A stretch of 58,730 nt of DNA from Chromera velia. Its lineage: Eukaryota. Shown one piece after another: positions 1 through 13,414 of the stretch (position 1 is its first letter; the number at the start of each line of letters is the position of its first letter). The stretch is taken from positions 1 to 58,730 of the forward strand of contig JAHBMJ010000044.1 of the NCBI GenBank assembly GCA_018398765.1, written 5' to 3'. Position numbers and translations under genes: made by a program. A model generated the notes under the pieces. That model did no database searches, was not told where the DNA came from, and was given only the letters and a program-made list of their open reading frames with translations.

Positions 1-144
1 CGAGAGAAACGACACAACAGACTCCCAAATCAGAACAAAATTTTGGACTGTATCTCAAAATGGCAAAATCTACCGGAGAGGCCAAATGGCGAAACCTGAA
101 GGGGACGCTAGACTCGTTGTGTACAGGACTGACTGACTGACTGA

Positions 145-3100
145 CTTGCTGTTGCTTCTATCAGTTTTGAAGGACCCAGAGCTACACTTTGTGCAGAGCT
201 CCCCTGCCCCCTGATCGAGGGAGACCGAGTTGAACTCCCGAGCGTCCTCGCACTGACAGGAAAGCACGGAGGCGAAGGGCCGCTCTGACACACTCGTGTC
301 GGAATGACTGCACGCAACCAGGCAGGCAGGCAAGTGTTCAGGCGGGAAGGCAGGTGGGGGACCGGGAGAATAAGGAGACATGCAAGTAGGCAGCAAGGAG
401 AGCTGGGACTTTGTTGCAGCGACACTTGTTGGCGGTGAGCATAAAATATTACTGCAAGAAAAAAGCCAACAACGCAGCTGAAAGACGAATGCAGGCAAGC
501 AGAAATGCACGAAAACAACTGCAGGGGAAGGGAAGGGAAGAACAGTCAATGAAGACGTAGCAGAATTTCCCCCCAGCCCATCACCCCTGCAGACAGAAAT
601 AAAGCATGCCTTCTGACAGACTTGTGGCATGGCGTCAAAGAGATGTGCTTTGCCGATCTGCTGTCTCTCCCCCCTGCGCAGAAGTGATTGTTCGGACAGG
701 GCGTGCAGATGTTCGGGTCCGCGAGTCCTCCCTCGTCCATTTGCCGAATACACACTGCGCGCAGACAGAGGGAGGCCCGATCGAGTGCCAGAGGGTCGCT
801 CTGCAGGGCCGTCAGGTTTTTCGTCGACAGCGCGCTCTGGTTGGCCCTCAACGCACCCTTCATGCGCGCGTCTTCTATGCCGTGCTCAGCGTAGAACGTG
901 CAAAGGCCTGCACAAGGAGCAAACGTGGATGTTGGTACCACGGATGTCATGACCGTCCCCATTTGCTTGGGATGTGTACAAATTCGCTCTGTGTTGAATT
1001 TTTTGAGTTTTTCTACTAGGTTTTTCTTGAAGCACACCTTCAGAGACCCTCGTTCAGTCATCGTGCAAGAAATCTACTGGTAGAAACTCAAAAAAGCAAA
1101 AAGAAAGTTCGAATACGGACCAGCCTCAAAGAAAGGCAGCGCGAAAATCCGGCAAAAGGTTTGAAGTGATTGAGATGCCTCCCTACCTGCTTGATGTTCA
1201 TCGTAATGCCAATGCGACTGGTTGACTCCTGACACCGGCGTCTCGTCTCCGGGAAGCGTTGAAGTGACGTCGTCCCCAACCGGATCTTGAAGATCTGGAT
1301 TGAGGTCAATTTCAGAGATGAAGTCTTCCGGATTCTTCAACGGAGGGGGGAGGAGGTCATGAGGGAGAATGAACCTGTCGGCTTCGAAGACGAGAGACTT
1401 GCAGTGGACTCCCGTGCTGTTGCTGTTCTCCTGCAGACAGAGAGGCAGATAGACAGGCAGGCAGGCACAGAGGGAGCAGAGAGCGATGAATGGACAGGAA
1501 CATTCTAAAGGGGGATGCAGAAAACATGAGAAAGAATAATAAGGTGGACAAACCTGAACACAAAAAGAACGATGCAACGGACAGGGACAGGAAACGAGAT
1601 TCGGTATTAGACAACCATATGAAGAATCGGAAGCCATTAGGAAACAATTGATGTCTTCTGACGCCCCTCTTTCCTCTTTTGTGATTGTTTCTCTCGTACG
1701 TGCGATAGAAGCGCAGTAAAGAGACCGCATGCTCTTATCCACTCACCTCAATTTCCGCACAACGAGCTTTGCACTCAGAGAAAGTGACTCGCTGCCCAGC
1801 AGTCGAGTTGCCACCAGGCAGCGCCAGTTGAATGGCAGATGGGGGAAGAGGGAACACTGGAAATCTGATAGGGTCATACCCGAAGTCCGCACAGGAAATG
1901 CAGGAGTACATGTAATCTGAAGGGAGGGCTTCGGTAGGGAATTCCTTCAATGCGGTCTCTGGCGCAAATCTGATGTGGTCCCAGTCTTCCTTGGGGATTC
2001 TTGATTCAAACGTCAGCGGCGTCGTCTTGTCGGTCCCCGACTTTTCTTCTTCGGGTGCCGTTGACGCCGCCTGCAGAAATCTCTTCGACGCCGCTCTACC
2101 CTCTTCCTCTTCCCCTCCGTCTGTCTTCTCTCCCAACAGACCCAGACTCTTCACATGAGCCAGGAATCGGGCTTTCTCTATCGCCTCAGCCTCCGCATCC
2201 CACTCTGCCCTGCCCTCCTCCCCTAAGTCTTCACCGTTTTTCCCGTCAGACAGCATCCTTCTTCTCCTTCCGGTCACGTGAGGGACTAGGGGGTCCCTCC
2301 AGTAGTCGCCAGGGAAGCAGCTGCAAAGTCAAATGAAGGGAACGTCTGCGTGCCTGAAATGGAAAAAAGAAAGGAAACAGAGACGCCTCATTTGATGTAG
2401 TGTCCTGACACGTGTGTGTCAATATGCAATTGTGTAAATGTCAAAGTTTTTGTTTTGTACGTCCAAAAGAATGAATAACTGGACTCTTGGAGTTCATTCT
2501 TTCTTTCAGTGAACACGTTGGGAGAAGGGGTCTGACCTGCAAGCGGAAACTGCTGTCGGTACAACTCCGTGGAGTTTCCTTTCGGTGACGTCAGACCTTG
2601 AGGGATCCTTCTCTATCGCGAGGCGGTCAAGGACTTTGATCGCCTGTTCCGATTCTGAAACAGTCGATGGGTCTTTCATGAGGGTCAGAAGGGGGGGTTT
2701 CTCGGAGGGTAACCATGTCGCCCTCCGCGGACATCTGCAAGTAACGGGGAAGAAGTGAGATTGAAGGGAACAGGCGAGAAGACACTCTTGGTAACAACGA
2801 CTGCCTTGTGAGCGTAGGGGGAAGTGAAGGCAAGCCAAGCAGGGGGAGAGGAGACCAGGCTGGTTTGTCCCTACCTCTTCCACTCTTAGAACACTGGTTG
2901 ATGTTGGGAAGAGTCCTTTTTCGATCAATCTTTGAACGCATGCACATCGTCTTGTAAGGGTCCAAAAAAGGCCTATGCATTCAGACAGGCAACCTGCTTG
3001 TGCGGTGCGTTGATTTTGTCCTTGACTGACGGTATGCACGGAGAGTTTCCGACAAAATCCTTGAAGGTTCCTGGAGGACAGGGAAGACATAGATTCCAAT

Positions 3101-6100
3101 CACTCTTTGCAGGATTGAAGAACGCGTCCATCCACCACCTGCGAAGGAAAACGTCTTTCTCGGTAAGTGCCGCCACGTCCATTCGCACCCTCTCGAAGGG
3201 GTAAGACCTCGGATGAAGGAAGCCCATGCCCTCAGGACAGGCACACTTGCTTCTGAGGAACGCCTGTGGGGCGCTTGTGGTCAGGCCGTTGGGACAGGGA
3301 ATCTTTAGGTCCTTCACGATGATCTCTTGGGCCCCCGTCACGTTCATGGGGGGGGGCAGTCTCACAACGCCCGGACAGAAAGACCCCACCTGCACAAATG
3401 GAGTGAGTCAAAGCGAACCGATCAAGTGGCACACACGCGATTGTATAATGATAGTTTCTGAAGCAGGTGTGCAAGTAAGCAGCTTTCTTCTTCACATGTA
3501 AGCAAAAAACGACGTTTCCTCATATGAAGCATAGCGTGTTGAACAAGAGAAAAAGGGGACAGGCAGAAAGAAGGGGAAAAGGAACTGAAGTGCATGGACA
3601 GAAATCGAACGTTGACGTCGCCGAGTGACGCACTTACCTCGCATGCTCTGCACCTGTTGTCTTCCATATAAAATCCCGGAAGGCAATAGATGCAGTTGGC
3701 CTCGTTACTGCTTCCCTTGTCGAGGGACTGTGTGTTGCCCTCGCACTGAAGGTTGCACTCCATGTCTCTGCGGTCCATGCGTGACACTTCTGTTTTGTAG
3801 TGAGTGACGTTGCAAGGAATACACAAGTCCGTTTCTCGATCCAACTGGTAGCCTGCATTGCAGCGACAGTGATCGGGGGTCAACACCCCGCTTCCCACTG
3901 TTGAGGTTCCTGTGTTGTTCACGCGGGTCTCGTTCGCCCTCACGGGGGGTCCGTGGGGGTCGTCGCAGCTGCTCCTCCACCCGCCGACGCAGAAAAAGCC
4001 TTTGGGACAGTCGACGCACGAAGCAGAACACTCAGGAGCGATGTTTTCGAGAGTGTAGGCGTAGGGCAGAAAGTTTTTGGCCGTTTTCTGTTCGTCTGTC
4101 AGGAGGGGGGAAGGACTTTTGTACTTCACCGGACTGAGAGGCAGAATCTCCTCCCTCGCCTCGAAGTATTTGCCGTCTCTGCGTCAACGGAGGAGGGGTC
4201 AAATTGGTTGAAAAGGCCAGGAGACTGAAGATGCCACATATGCAATCGCTATTTCATGGGAAGGGAAATGTATATGCGAGTCAGGTTTCTTTGTTCTTAT
4301 GAATGGAACGAGAAAAGCATAACTGAAGCGAGGCAAAAAAGAAGAAACTCTGTTCCTTCGTACAAAGATCAGGTCCCCTCGAACGCGTATGTCTATTCAT
4401 TCAACAATCTGCATGGCCGCCTCGCATGATTGTCTTTTCCTCTATTTGAGAGTCTCAGTGGAAAGGGCTGTATGTCTCTGTTGAAACAAGCTGATCGACT
4501 GACTCGCACAAGCAGTCCCTCGCAATGCAGCTCCTTGCACCCATCACATGCGACGTGCTGTTGTCGGGGCAGCCTCCTCCGAGGCACATGCCGTGGCCGT
4601 CCTGCTGTTTGTACGTCCCAGGGGGGCAGGGCCGGCACGACCGAGCGTTGGTGACGGGATCGACAACAAGCTCCATACCCTGAAGACAGCAATCATGGTC
4701 AGCAAATGTCTGACACTGACTGGGTGGCCTAAGAAAGCAGCTCGACTCTTTCAGAAGACTTTTCTCTTTCCCGTGTCTTCTCGACGACAGTCTCCCATAC
4801 AGCCTCCATACAAAAAAAGGGAAAATAAAGAACCCATACCCCATACCCCTTCCTTTTTTCTTTTCGTTTGGCTTGCAGGAACAGACGAAAACACAAGAAA
4901 ACAAATACTCATGGAGACGTCATGCACTGACCGCCACACATCCGCAGTCATGAATGCTGACGCCCCCAATCTCCAAGAACATCTTTCCGTTGATCATCTT
5001 TGCGAACACCCCGTGGGCCCAGTGCCCCTCTGTCAAGTTCCCCAAAAGTTCGCCCTCCACAGTCTTGTTCGCAACAATCATCGTCGTCGTGTTGGCAGGA
5101 CAGGCAAGGCACTCATACATCTGACGACCGTCGTACTTGTAGTCACCCTCCGGCAGGGATTCGCGGTACGTTCCCTGCATCCATCCACTCATGCGTCCAT
5201 TCGTTCATTCGTTCACTGATTGACTTAGCCGGTGAGCCGATCATTTCTTGAATCATCCACTTCTTCATTCACTCACTCATTCATTCATTCATTCACTCAG
5301 TCAGTCCGGCAGGCAGGCAGGCAGCCCGTCAGTCAATCCGTCCGTCAGACAATCAGTCCATCAGTCAGTCAGTCAGTCAGTCAGTCAGTCAGTCAGTCTG
5401 TCAAAGCGTTGTGCTTCCGAGAAGCAAAGCGATGGAGTTGATGTCGAAAAAGTGTCCCCATTCTGTCATTCTTTGTCCCTCTTTGTCTTCCTCTTCCGAC
5501 CCCTGAGAGAATTCTTGCACAGACCTTCGGGCAGTATGTGCAGTTGAATTGGTCGATCGAGTGCAGCCCGTCGCGGCACGACGTCCCGAGTCGAATCGTG
5601 TTGTTGAACCTTCCGACGGCGTTCGAGATCGTGACGTTGTACTCTGTGTAGGGCGTCGCGTTGACGGGCGTACCCGAAATGGCCCCCGTGCAGTGGTCCA
5701 GCTGCAGGAGTCATCCACTCATTTATCCGTTTACGTGGCAAGAAGAGGTCTTTTGTGAGTCCGTTCATGGGCACAGCAGAGAACGCGACCCGGAGGATTC
5801 AACGGACCCACAGACTGTTGCATGCGATTTCTGTATAACATCAAGACCGCTTGGATGTCAAGCATACGCCTGACCTTTTGCTGTTCAGTGATCTCAAATG
5901 CAGTTGTTCGTCACTGAAAGAATTCGGCAATCATTCGGCCTTGCTGTGAAGCAGGCAGGCAGGCAGTCACTGGCAGGCAGAAAGGCAGACGCACCTGCAT
6001 GTTGGGTGGAAGAGGGGGCCAGATGGTGAAGTACTCCTGCTTTGAGAAGTGCGTTGCAGGTGAGAAGGACTGCCCGTGTGCCTCTCCGAGAGGGAGGTGG

Positions 6101-7071
6101 GCAGGGAGGGTCGGCCAAGTCAGGGCGGGGACTCCCACCAGGGCCGACATTGCAAAGGCGGCAATGCTGTAGTCAAGACTGTACCCCTGCAGTGATGGAA
6201 TTTTGGACAATCACCTCGGTGACAAAAACACTCTTTTCGATGTCCCCTCATCAGACTAGAACTTGGAAGAGGACTCGCATCACTCCATATTTGAAATATA
6301 CTTTTGCCGTTGCGTCGCGGCACAGACTTGTTTACGAATTCCTTGTGCTGTTTGAAGTGACTTTTTTCCGTGAAGCTACAAGAAAGAAGATTCAGGGGAC
6401 GCCAACGGCAACTCTCATCTTTGCTCGCTCGCTTCCTCGCTTGCTTTCTTCCCTCCTTCCTCTCTTCCTTGTTCCTTTCTTCCTTCCTTTCTTCCTTACT
6501 CCCCATTTATTTTTGTTTCCAACTCCCCTTCGTACTTGCTTATTCACTCACCCGAAGCTCATGCACCACAAAAGCGAATGCATCCGCGCTTGCATAGGAC
6601 ATGTGGAAGGTCTGAAGTTCACTGTTTGCCCCTTGTCGCGGACAGACGTAGGAGACGTACGGATACAGTGAGAGCTGTAGTCTTCTCCTTCTTCTGCTCT
6701 CTGCTTCTTCTCCATCGAGCTGCAGCTCTTCGCTTTCCAGGGCGTCCTTCTCTGCTTCTTCCAAGCGACTGAGGTCCTTGGGGTGGTACGAGAACCCGAT
6801 GGTGTCTCTGTGCGTGGGGTCTGAGAGGACAGGTTCTCCCTCTGCTGCCGTCTTCTTGCCAGTGAGTGTGTTGGGGAGGGAGAGCTTGTCAAGAATGGAG
6901 AGACGGCGACCTGTTGTTCCTCCCGACCCGTCTTGTGTGTCTGTCCCCCCTGTCTCTGCGGCAAATCCCTTTGTTGGGAAGAGGAAGAAACCGCGGGACT
7001 GCAGAAACAGATGGAAGGACATGAGCTGAGAGAGAACATCGTCTCTCAAGACATGAAATCTAACGAACACA

Positions 7072-7102
<31 letters not shown>

Positions 7103-10100
7103 GCACACACACACACGCACGCACATACACAGACATATGCAGACACAGAGAGAGAAAGAGTTGCTGACTCACCAAGGCAAGCATGATAAACAAAACAGAA
7201 CTGCAATATGAAGAACAAAAAGAACAAAAGTGGAGAATGTAGAAGGACGTCTTCTGTCTTTCAAAGTGGCTCTCCTCTCCCTTTGTAACCCACTGATATG
7301 CAATCTGAGCACCAAACTGACGGCAGTGTTTCTCCTCAGTTTCTGTTCGCGCACCCACACAGCCCTTCTCTTGTCACGGACGTCAAGGAGGACAACCCGG
7401 GGAGAGTTGAACTCTCCAATCAGGATGTGGCCTGCCCAGTAGGAGACAGCGCATGGGTACTGGTAACCCGTGTCGTCGGTCCGCGGCTGGAGGCTGCACG
7501 CACACCCACAAGAGAAGTAAAATCAAAGAATAAAAAACTACACGGAGAATGCATGAAGCACAGGCCAACGCTGGCAACCATACGCATTTTACTTCCTTCG
7601 GCTCAGAGACTACTTTGTTTTCATACTTTTGAGAAGTCTACAGTTCAGTAACTTCAAAAGAAGGACAGACAGCAGCAGGCAACATTCAAATTATCTCACA
7701 AGCCTCCACCAAGGAAATGGCCATGCAATCCAAGTGTATAAAGACACCGAAAAGAAAAGCCAGCGGAGACTTACTATCCATCTCCGTAGGATTCCAGGAA
7801 CCCCAGTCTTCCGTCGGGGCTCACACCCAGTTGCACAATCCGGTGGTTGCCTGTGTCCGCGACGTAGAGGACGTGAGTGATGGTCCCGAAAGAGCTTGAC
7901 TTGAAGTGAGCGAGCACCCTGGCGGACTCCTCGTCAGACAGCCGCTCAGAGATTGCGACCCCATGGGGGTAAGAGAACCCGATCAGTCGTCTGTCTCTCG
8001 AAGGAGTCGCGTCTGCCGGAGGTTCAGGCAGAGTGAACCTCAGCCGCAGGTCTTCAGTGCCTCTGTCGAGTACCCGTACCTGCACCCACATAGATTCATG
8101 TGCGGGCAGACTCATTCAAATTTAGCAAGCAAGCAAGCAAATGCAGGCAGTGACAAGACATTTTCCTGCCCTCCCCTTCGCTCACCATGTCGATTGCCTA
8201 AACGTGCAAGGAAACGGCCTATCTCTCATTTTCTCGATCTCCCAGAATGAAGAGAAGAGCACACACTCTCTGAGGAAGCAACTGACAGAGTGAGGTCCGC
8301 TGATGAAGATGTAAGTTTCGGAAAGCGCCATTCCAGTGATGCTGTAGTCGTTGAAGATCTGGGAGCTCTTCAATTCGGACCCCGACCCGTCATCTGGGGA
8401 GGCGAGAAGGTCCGTCTCATGAACCTGCAGTGAAGTGAGAGAGGAGGTGAAACGGGTGGGTGGGGAGGGGGGACGATCGGGTCGCTCAGACAAAAAAGGA
8501 GGTTGGAAGAATGTGCGTGATCATGTGTACTTGAAGCCACTGCCACCGTTTATCAGGTGGGAGTTGGAACTAGTTCTTTTTGAGTGAATGCAGATTTGGA
8601 GAACACTCTTTTCTTTCAGGGCACTGTCCTTCAGGGCACTGCACATGTAGAAATCAGTTGTTAGACGGATGTGCAGGATGGATAGGTGTGAGGGCATGCC
8701 AGCTCATAGAGGCGCCTGCAGGAAGGCTGGCATCATGGACCTTCGTTCAAGCGCGGCGGCTGATCTACGCACGCAGACACAGAGCCAAAGATATGCATGC
8801 CAGCGCCTCAAAAATATATGCATGCCAGCGCCTCACAGAGCCTACCAACCTGTTTATTTGAGGCGATGTAGAAAGTCCCTTCGTTTCCGGTGAGTTTGTA
8901 GTACCCCTCCGTCTCGTCTGTTGTCGGCGTTCCCTTGGCACAGGCTCTGAACTCGTCGATCTGACGTCCCAGAATCTGCAATCATTCAAGCGCGGTCGGT
9001 CGATCGTGAGGGGGGCGTGCGGGCAATTAGGGAGGGAACCACCATAGGGGGAAACGTGAAAGGCTCGCTTTTCCCTGTCACTGATATAAAAGCGCATCCG
9101 ACATCAGTCAAAAGGACACAAGACTGCTCGATCCTCTAAGCGTCTGGTCAGCTCATCAATTCAGCTGCCCGTACTGAATTTCCTTTTGGACTGACTTGCC
9201 ACTGGTCGTAGTACTCCCGCGGCCTGTTTGGGGTGTCTGGAAGCATGGGGGCGTAGGTCAGCTGGTTTCCGTCTGGACGCTGGAACATGTAGGCGTCTCT
9301 TCCTTTGTGATCTCTGGAGGGAAAGAGGGCGGGCTCCAGATCTTCTAGGCCGCAATCGACGGCTGCGTTTTCTCCGAAGAGGGAATTGTCCACTGGACAG
9401 AAAGTCGACTGCAGCCACATCATCCAGCTCTGTTCTGTGAACCCGTTGATCATTGAACTGTGCATACTGATAATCTGCCCTTATTCTGACTCACTCCATC
9501 TCCCAGTCCCCAACGTACTGCAACCACTCACTCACTCACTCACTCACTCGCTCAACTAGTCTGACTCTTACTCACGCGGTCAATCGCTCACTCATTTACT
9601 CACTCACACAAACACGCACTTGACTGCTCCCTCTCTTACGCAGCAGACGCACACGAGCACCCTGCACCCCCCCGCCCGCCCTCCCCACCTGCAGGAGGAG
9701 AACATTGCCGACATCCAGAGTGCACGCAGCCCCCAGGCGGACAGGCATGTCTCCTGATCTCGACTGGAGGCCGAGATCTTCTGCGCCGTACTGTCGCGTT
9801 GAGAGAATCTCCAGTTCTCCGATCTCCAGATTGTAGTCTGTCATCACAATTTGATCTCCGATCTTCGACAGCACAGGAGACCAAGAAATTCGCAGCGTCG
9901 TCTCCTCGGCGACTGAGAACCTGCAGATAGATAGATACACACAGTGACTTTATTTCTGCGCATCCATGAGTGAGCGTCTATGTGAGGAGAAAGAGGTCAA
10001 AGGAAGCTAGTAGTAGAGCACCGAAGGAAATTTACCCATAGAAAACACGAGATATAAACAGGGCAAAAAAGAGGAAGCTGAAGACCATTATCAATGACGC

Positions 10101-12295
10101 GATGCCTTGCATTGCAATACATGTGCACCATGCCACAAGAGATAAATGAAATATGCGCTCACCTACCCTTCTCTCTTGCCAAAGAAGCCCGCTCCAAATC
10201 ATTCAAAAAAAGAAAAGAAAAAGACTCAACTCACGAGAATGTCAGCTCAGTCCTGTCAGGCTTCAGCAACCCGTCGTAGTCCGAGTCCGCGTCCATTTTG
10301 ATGATCTCGACAATGTCAGGCATGAAATCCTTCCCGCACCCCCGACCGCGCAGTTTGTCGAGAAGAATGATCGACCTGCATCAGACTCATGTTTAAAGAA
10401 CACTGTGTCACTGTTGGTCTCGGTCGGCGTATAACAGACGCCCATGTATTCTCTTTTCTTCTGTGCACCGGAAATCGGATGCCGCTTGGTGGATATTGGA
10501 GGGTGTGGACAGGCTTTTTAAGAAAGCAGAATTCCAAGATGTCAAAGTCAATATGAGAAAGCCCAACCCTGCCCTCCCGAAAACCACACGCGATCACACA
10601 CACAGACACACACACACGCACGCACGCACACACACACATCCGCTGACCGACCCCGAAGCTGGAAGGTGATGTCCTCTGATGACCATCTCAAACGCCCCCT
10701 TCGCTGCCCGCTTGAACGTTTCTGCCTGAGGATTGTAGGGCCCCGAAACCTCAACGTTCCACAAGGCGGTCTGGTCGTATTTGCATTCCTCAAAGGACAC
10801 ATAAGTCCTGCAAACAAAAGAGGAATCGAAAGAAGATGAAAACGCCCTAACAAAGGAATAGGAACGTCCGCAGAGAGCAAAACAAAGGAACACAGAGACA
10901 TCCCACCCGCCTTGCAGAATGGGAATCTTCCGACAGAAACCGAAACACCGACACCCTCACTCACTCACTCGCTTTTCTACCTACTGACTTTTCCTCGGTC
11001 GATGACCGGGCTGCAATATTCAAGGGAGGGCAGTAGTTGGGGTTGTTCAGCGAGCTCGGATTGTAGGGATCGACCTCCCGGGCGTTGGAGACCCTGTAGA
11101 CCTTCTTGTAGTCGAGGGCAACTTCGTCCCCGTCCCAGTAGCAGATCTGCACACATCCGGAGCTAGACAGACTTTGTGCTTCTTTCTTTGTATCTCTCTG
11201 TATCGTTGAACAGACAGACAGAACGAGAGATAGACACGAAGGAGCCAGACGAGGGGAAAACTTGTCGGTCGAGAGAAGTGATCGAGATACAAAAGTTGAG
11301 CAAGTATCGAAGCAGACACACGGAACCTTGCAGTAGACCCACCCACCTTGAATCTGCCGGGATCTCTGACATACATCGGCTTGAAGGTGAGTACTTCCTC
11401 AGGTCTATACCCAGTGGCGGCCTCAATTCGGTCGGCCTCCTGGACAGAAGGAACACCGATGGTGTCTAGTCTGCACGCACCCGTCAGAAAAAAAGGCGAT
11501 GAAACATGAATGAGGACCATGCGCCTTTCAAAGCAGAGCTTCAACGTTCGGCACATAGGCGGGGAGACGCATAGGAGGAGAGAGGAGATCTTGCCTTCTC
11601 TACGCTGAGATGAAGTGCCTCTCTCATTCGGTTCTTCTGCCTTACTGCTGGTCGCCCTCTGTCCAAGCTTCTGTCGGTCCAGCTGCGAGTACGAGACTGT
11701 GTGGTTGAGCGTATGTATGTATGAATGTATGTATGTATGCATGCATGTATGTATGTATGTATGTGTATTTATAGATGTGTGTGTGTGTGTACATGGAAGC
11801 GTGTATACGCTCATGCACTCACTCTGCCAGATCGAGGCCTCTTTTCAGCACGAGGGGTTTTTCCCTCTCCTCTTTGTATTTTGGAACCTGCAGGAACGAG
11901 AACCAACAAGCAGGAGAAGGAAAGAAGGGGTGAAATGAGTGAGTGGACAAATGCGAACCGCGATGGAGGTTAAGACTGAGTGGCTGACTGACTGACTGAC
12001 CAGTTGTCCGCAATTGTCTGTGTCTGGAATGAAGATGATGTGGGAGGTGGGGAGGAAGCCGGTCCCATAGAGGCGAACTCGGAAGGGACTGAAGGTCGTC
12101 GGGAGACCGTCGGGGAAGGTTAGGTCCCGAGGGACCCCGGCAGTGCTGGGCCCTTCCCAAATGGGTCCTGCATGCATGCGTGGAAGGGGGGGGAGTGGGC
12201 AGGAGAGGGGAGAAGAACTGAAAGTCCATCAGAACTTAATGCTGATGTCATGCTTCTATTGATACCAAATAAATCCGACGGATACGTAACATAGC

Positions 12296-12341
<46 letters not shown>

Positions 12342-13380
12342 ACTTGACTGTGAGAGAGCGGGAAGAAGAAATGAAGAAGAAATAGGCAGAAAGACACTCA
12401 GCCGGCTGGATGGGCACACACGGAAAGCTAGGAAAGAGACAGATGACTCTAAGAGACTGTAAGCAAATTCCTGGGCCGTGAGCCACTGCATCAATTCGTG
12501 AGGAAAGCGGAAACTCCCGCAATTGGGAAGGAGGAGCATGTATTTATCTACTTAAATGGAACAACGCTGACCCCTAATGAGAACGTCTGCCACCCTCGCT
12601 TTGCTGTGGTATTGCCAAGTCGGGTACGTTGTGCCTGCTTCGGTGTTTCTGTAGCACACAGCGAGTGGTTTTGTGACTTTGATGTCTCGGTAGATGCGTC
12701 CCCACAATACAAAAGGGACGTTGATCAATTGCTGGTTCAGTTCCGTCTCTTCAGTTCCCTGCTTGAATGTGTCGGTGAAGTCAGCAGTAGTGCGGGGGGT
12801 GCAGGTGTCAACCATTGGATTGACGCAACCTGATGGCGTGCATCGCTCCGGATCGCAATACAACAGAGAGTGAAGGCGCTTCCCACTGCTCCACTCCCAG
12901 TCGAGATCGTTACTGTTGCAGTCTTCGCCTAGATCGACGTGACGAAATTGCACGGTGTTGCCAGGCCAAAAGTACGCTTTGTTGACGACCTCCTCCTCCC
13001 GCACGTTGAAGTGCATGTGCACAGCTAGAGGCTGATGGGGCCGGGAGAAGATGACACGGTATTGAGGGCCTGCAGGGGGGTAGAGGATGGAAAGAAACCA
13101 CTTGAATATTTTTTTTCTTCCGGTTTTGGTCGGAGTGGATATTGTCATGTGAATGTTGATCCTACCAACAGAGTCTCAAACAAGGCAACAATTTTCGGGT
13201 CTGCAGCTGGAGTGACGGTGCGCGGACAGTTCATGTTGTGTTAATTTCATGCAAATTGATTCGACTGAATGCTACGATCGCAAGTCTGCTTTTGCCTGAA
13301 GTGGGCACCTGGAAACTTGTGATTCTCTACCAGCACAAATTAGACATTCATTCGTTTGTTCATTCATTCACGGAGAGAGA

Positions 13381-13414
<34 letters not shown>
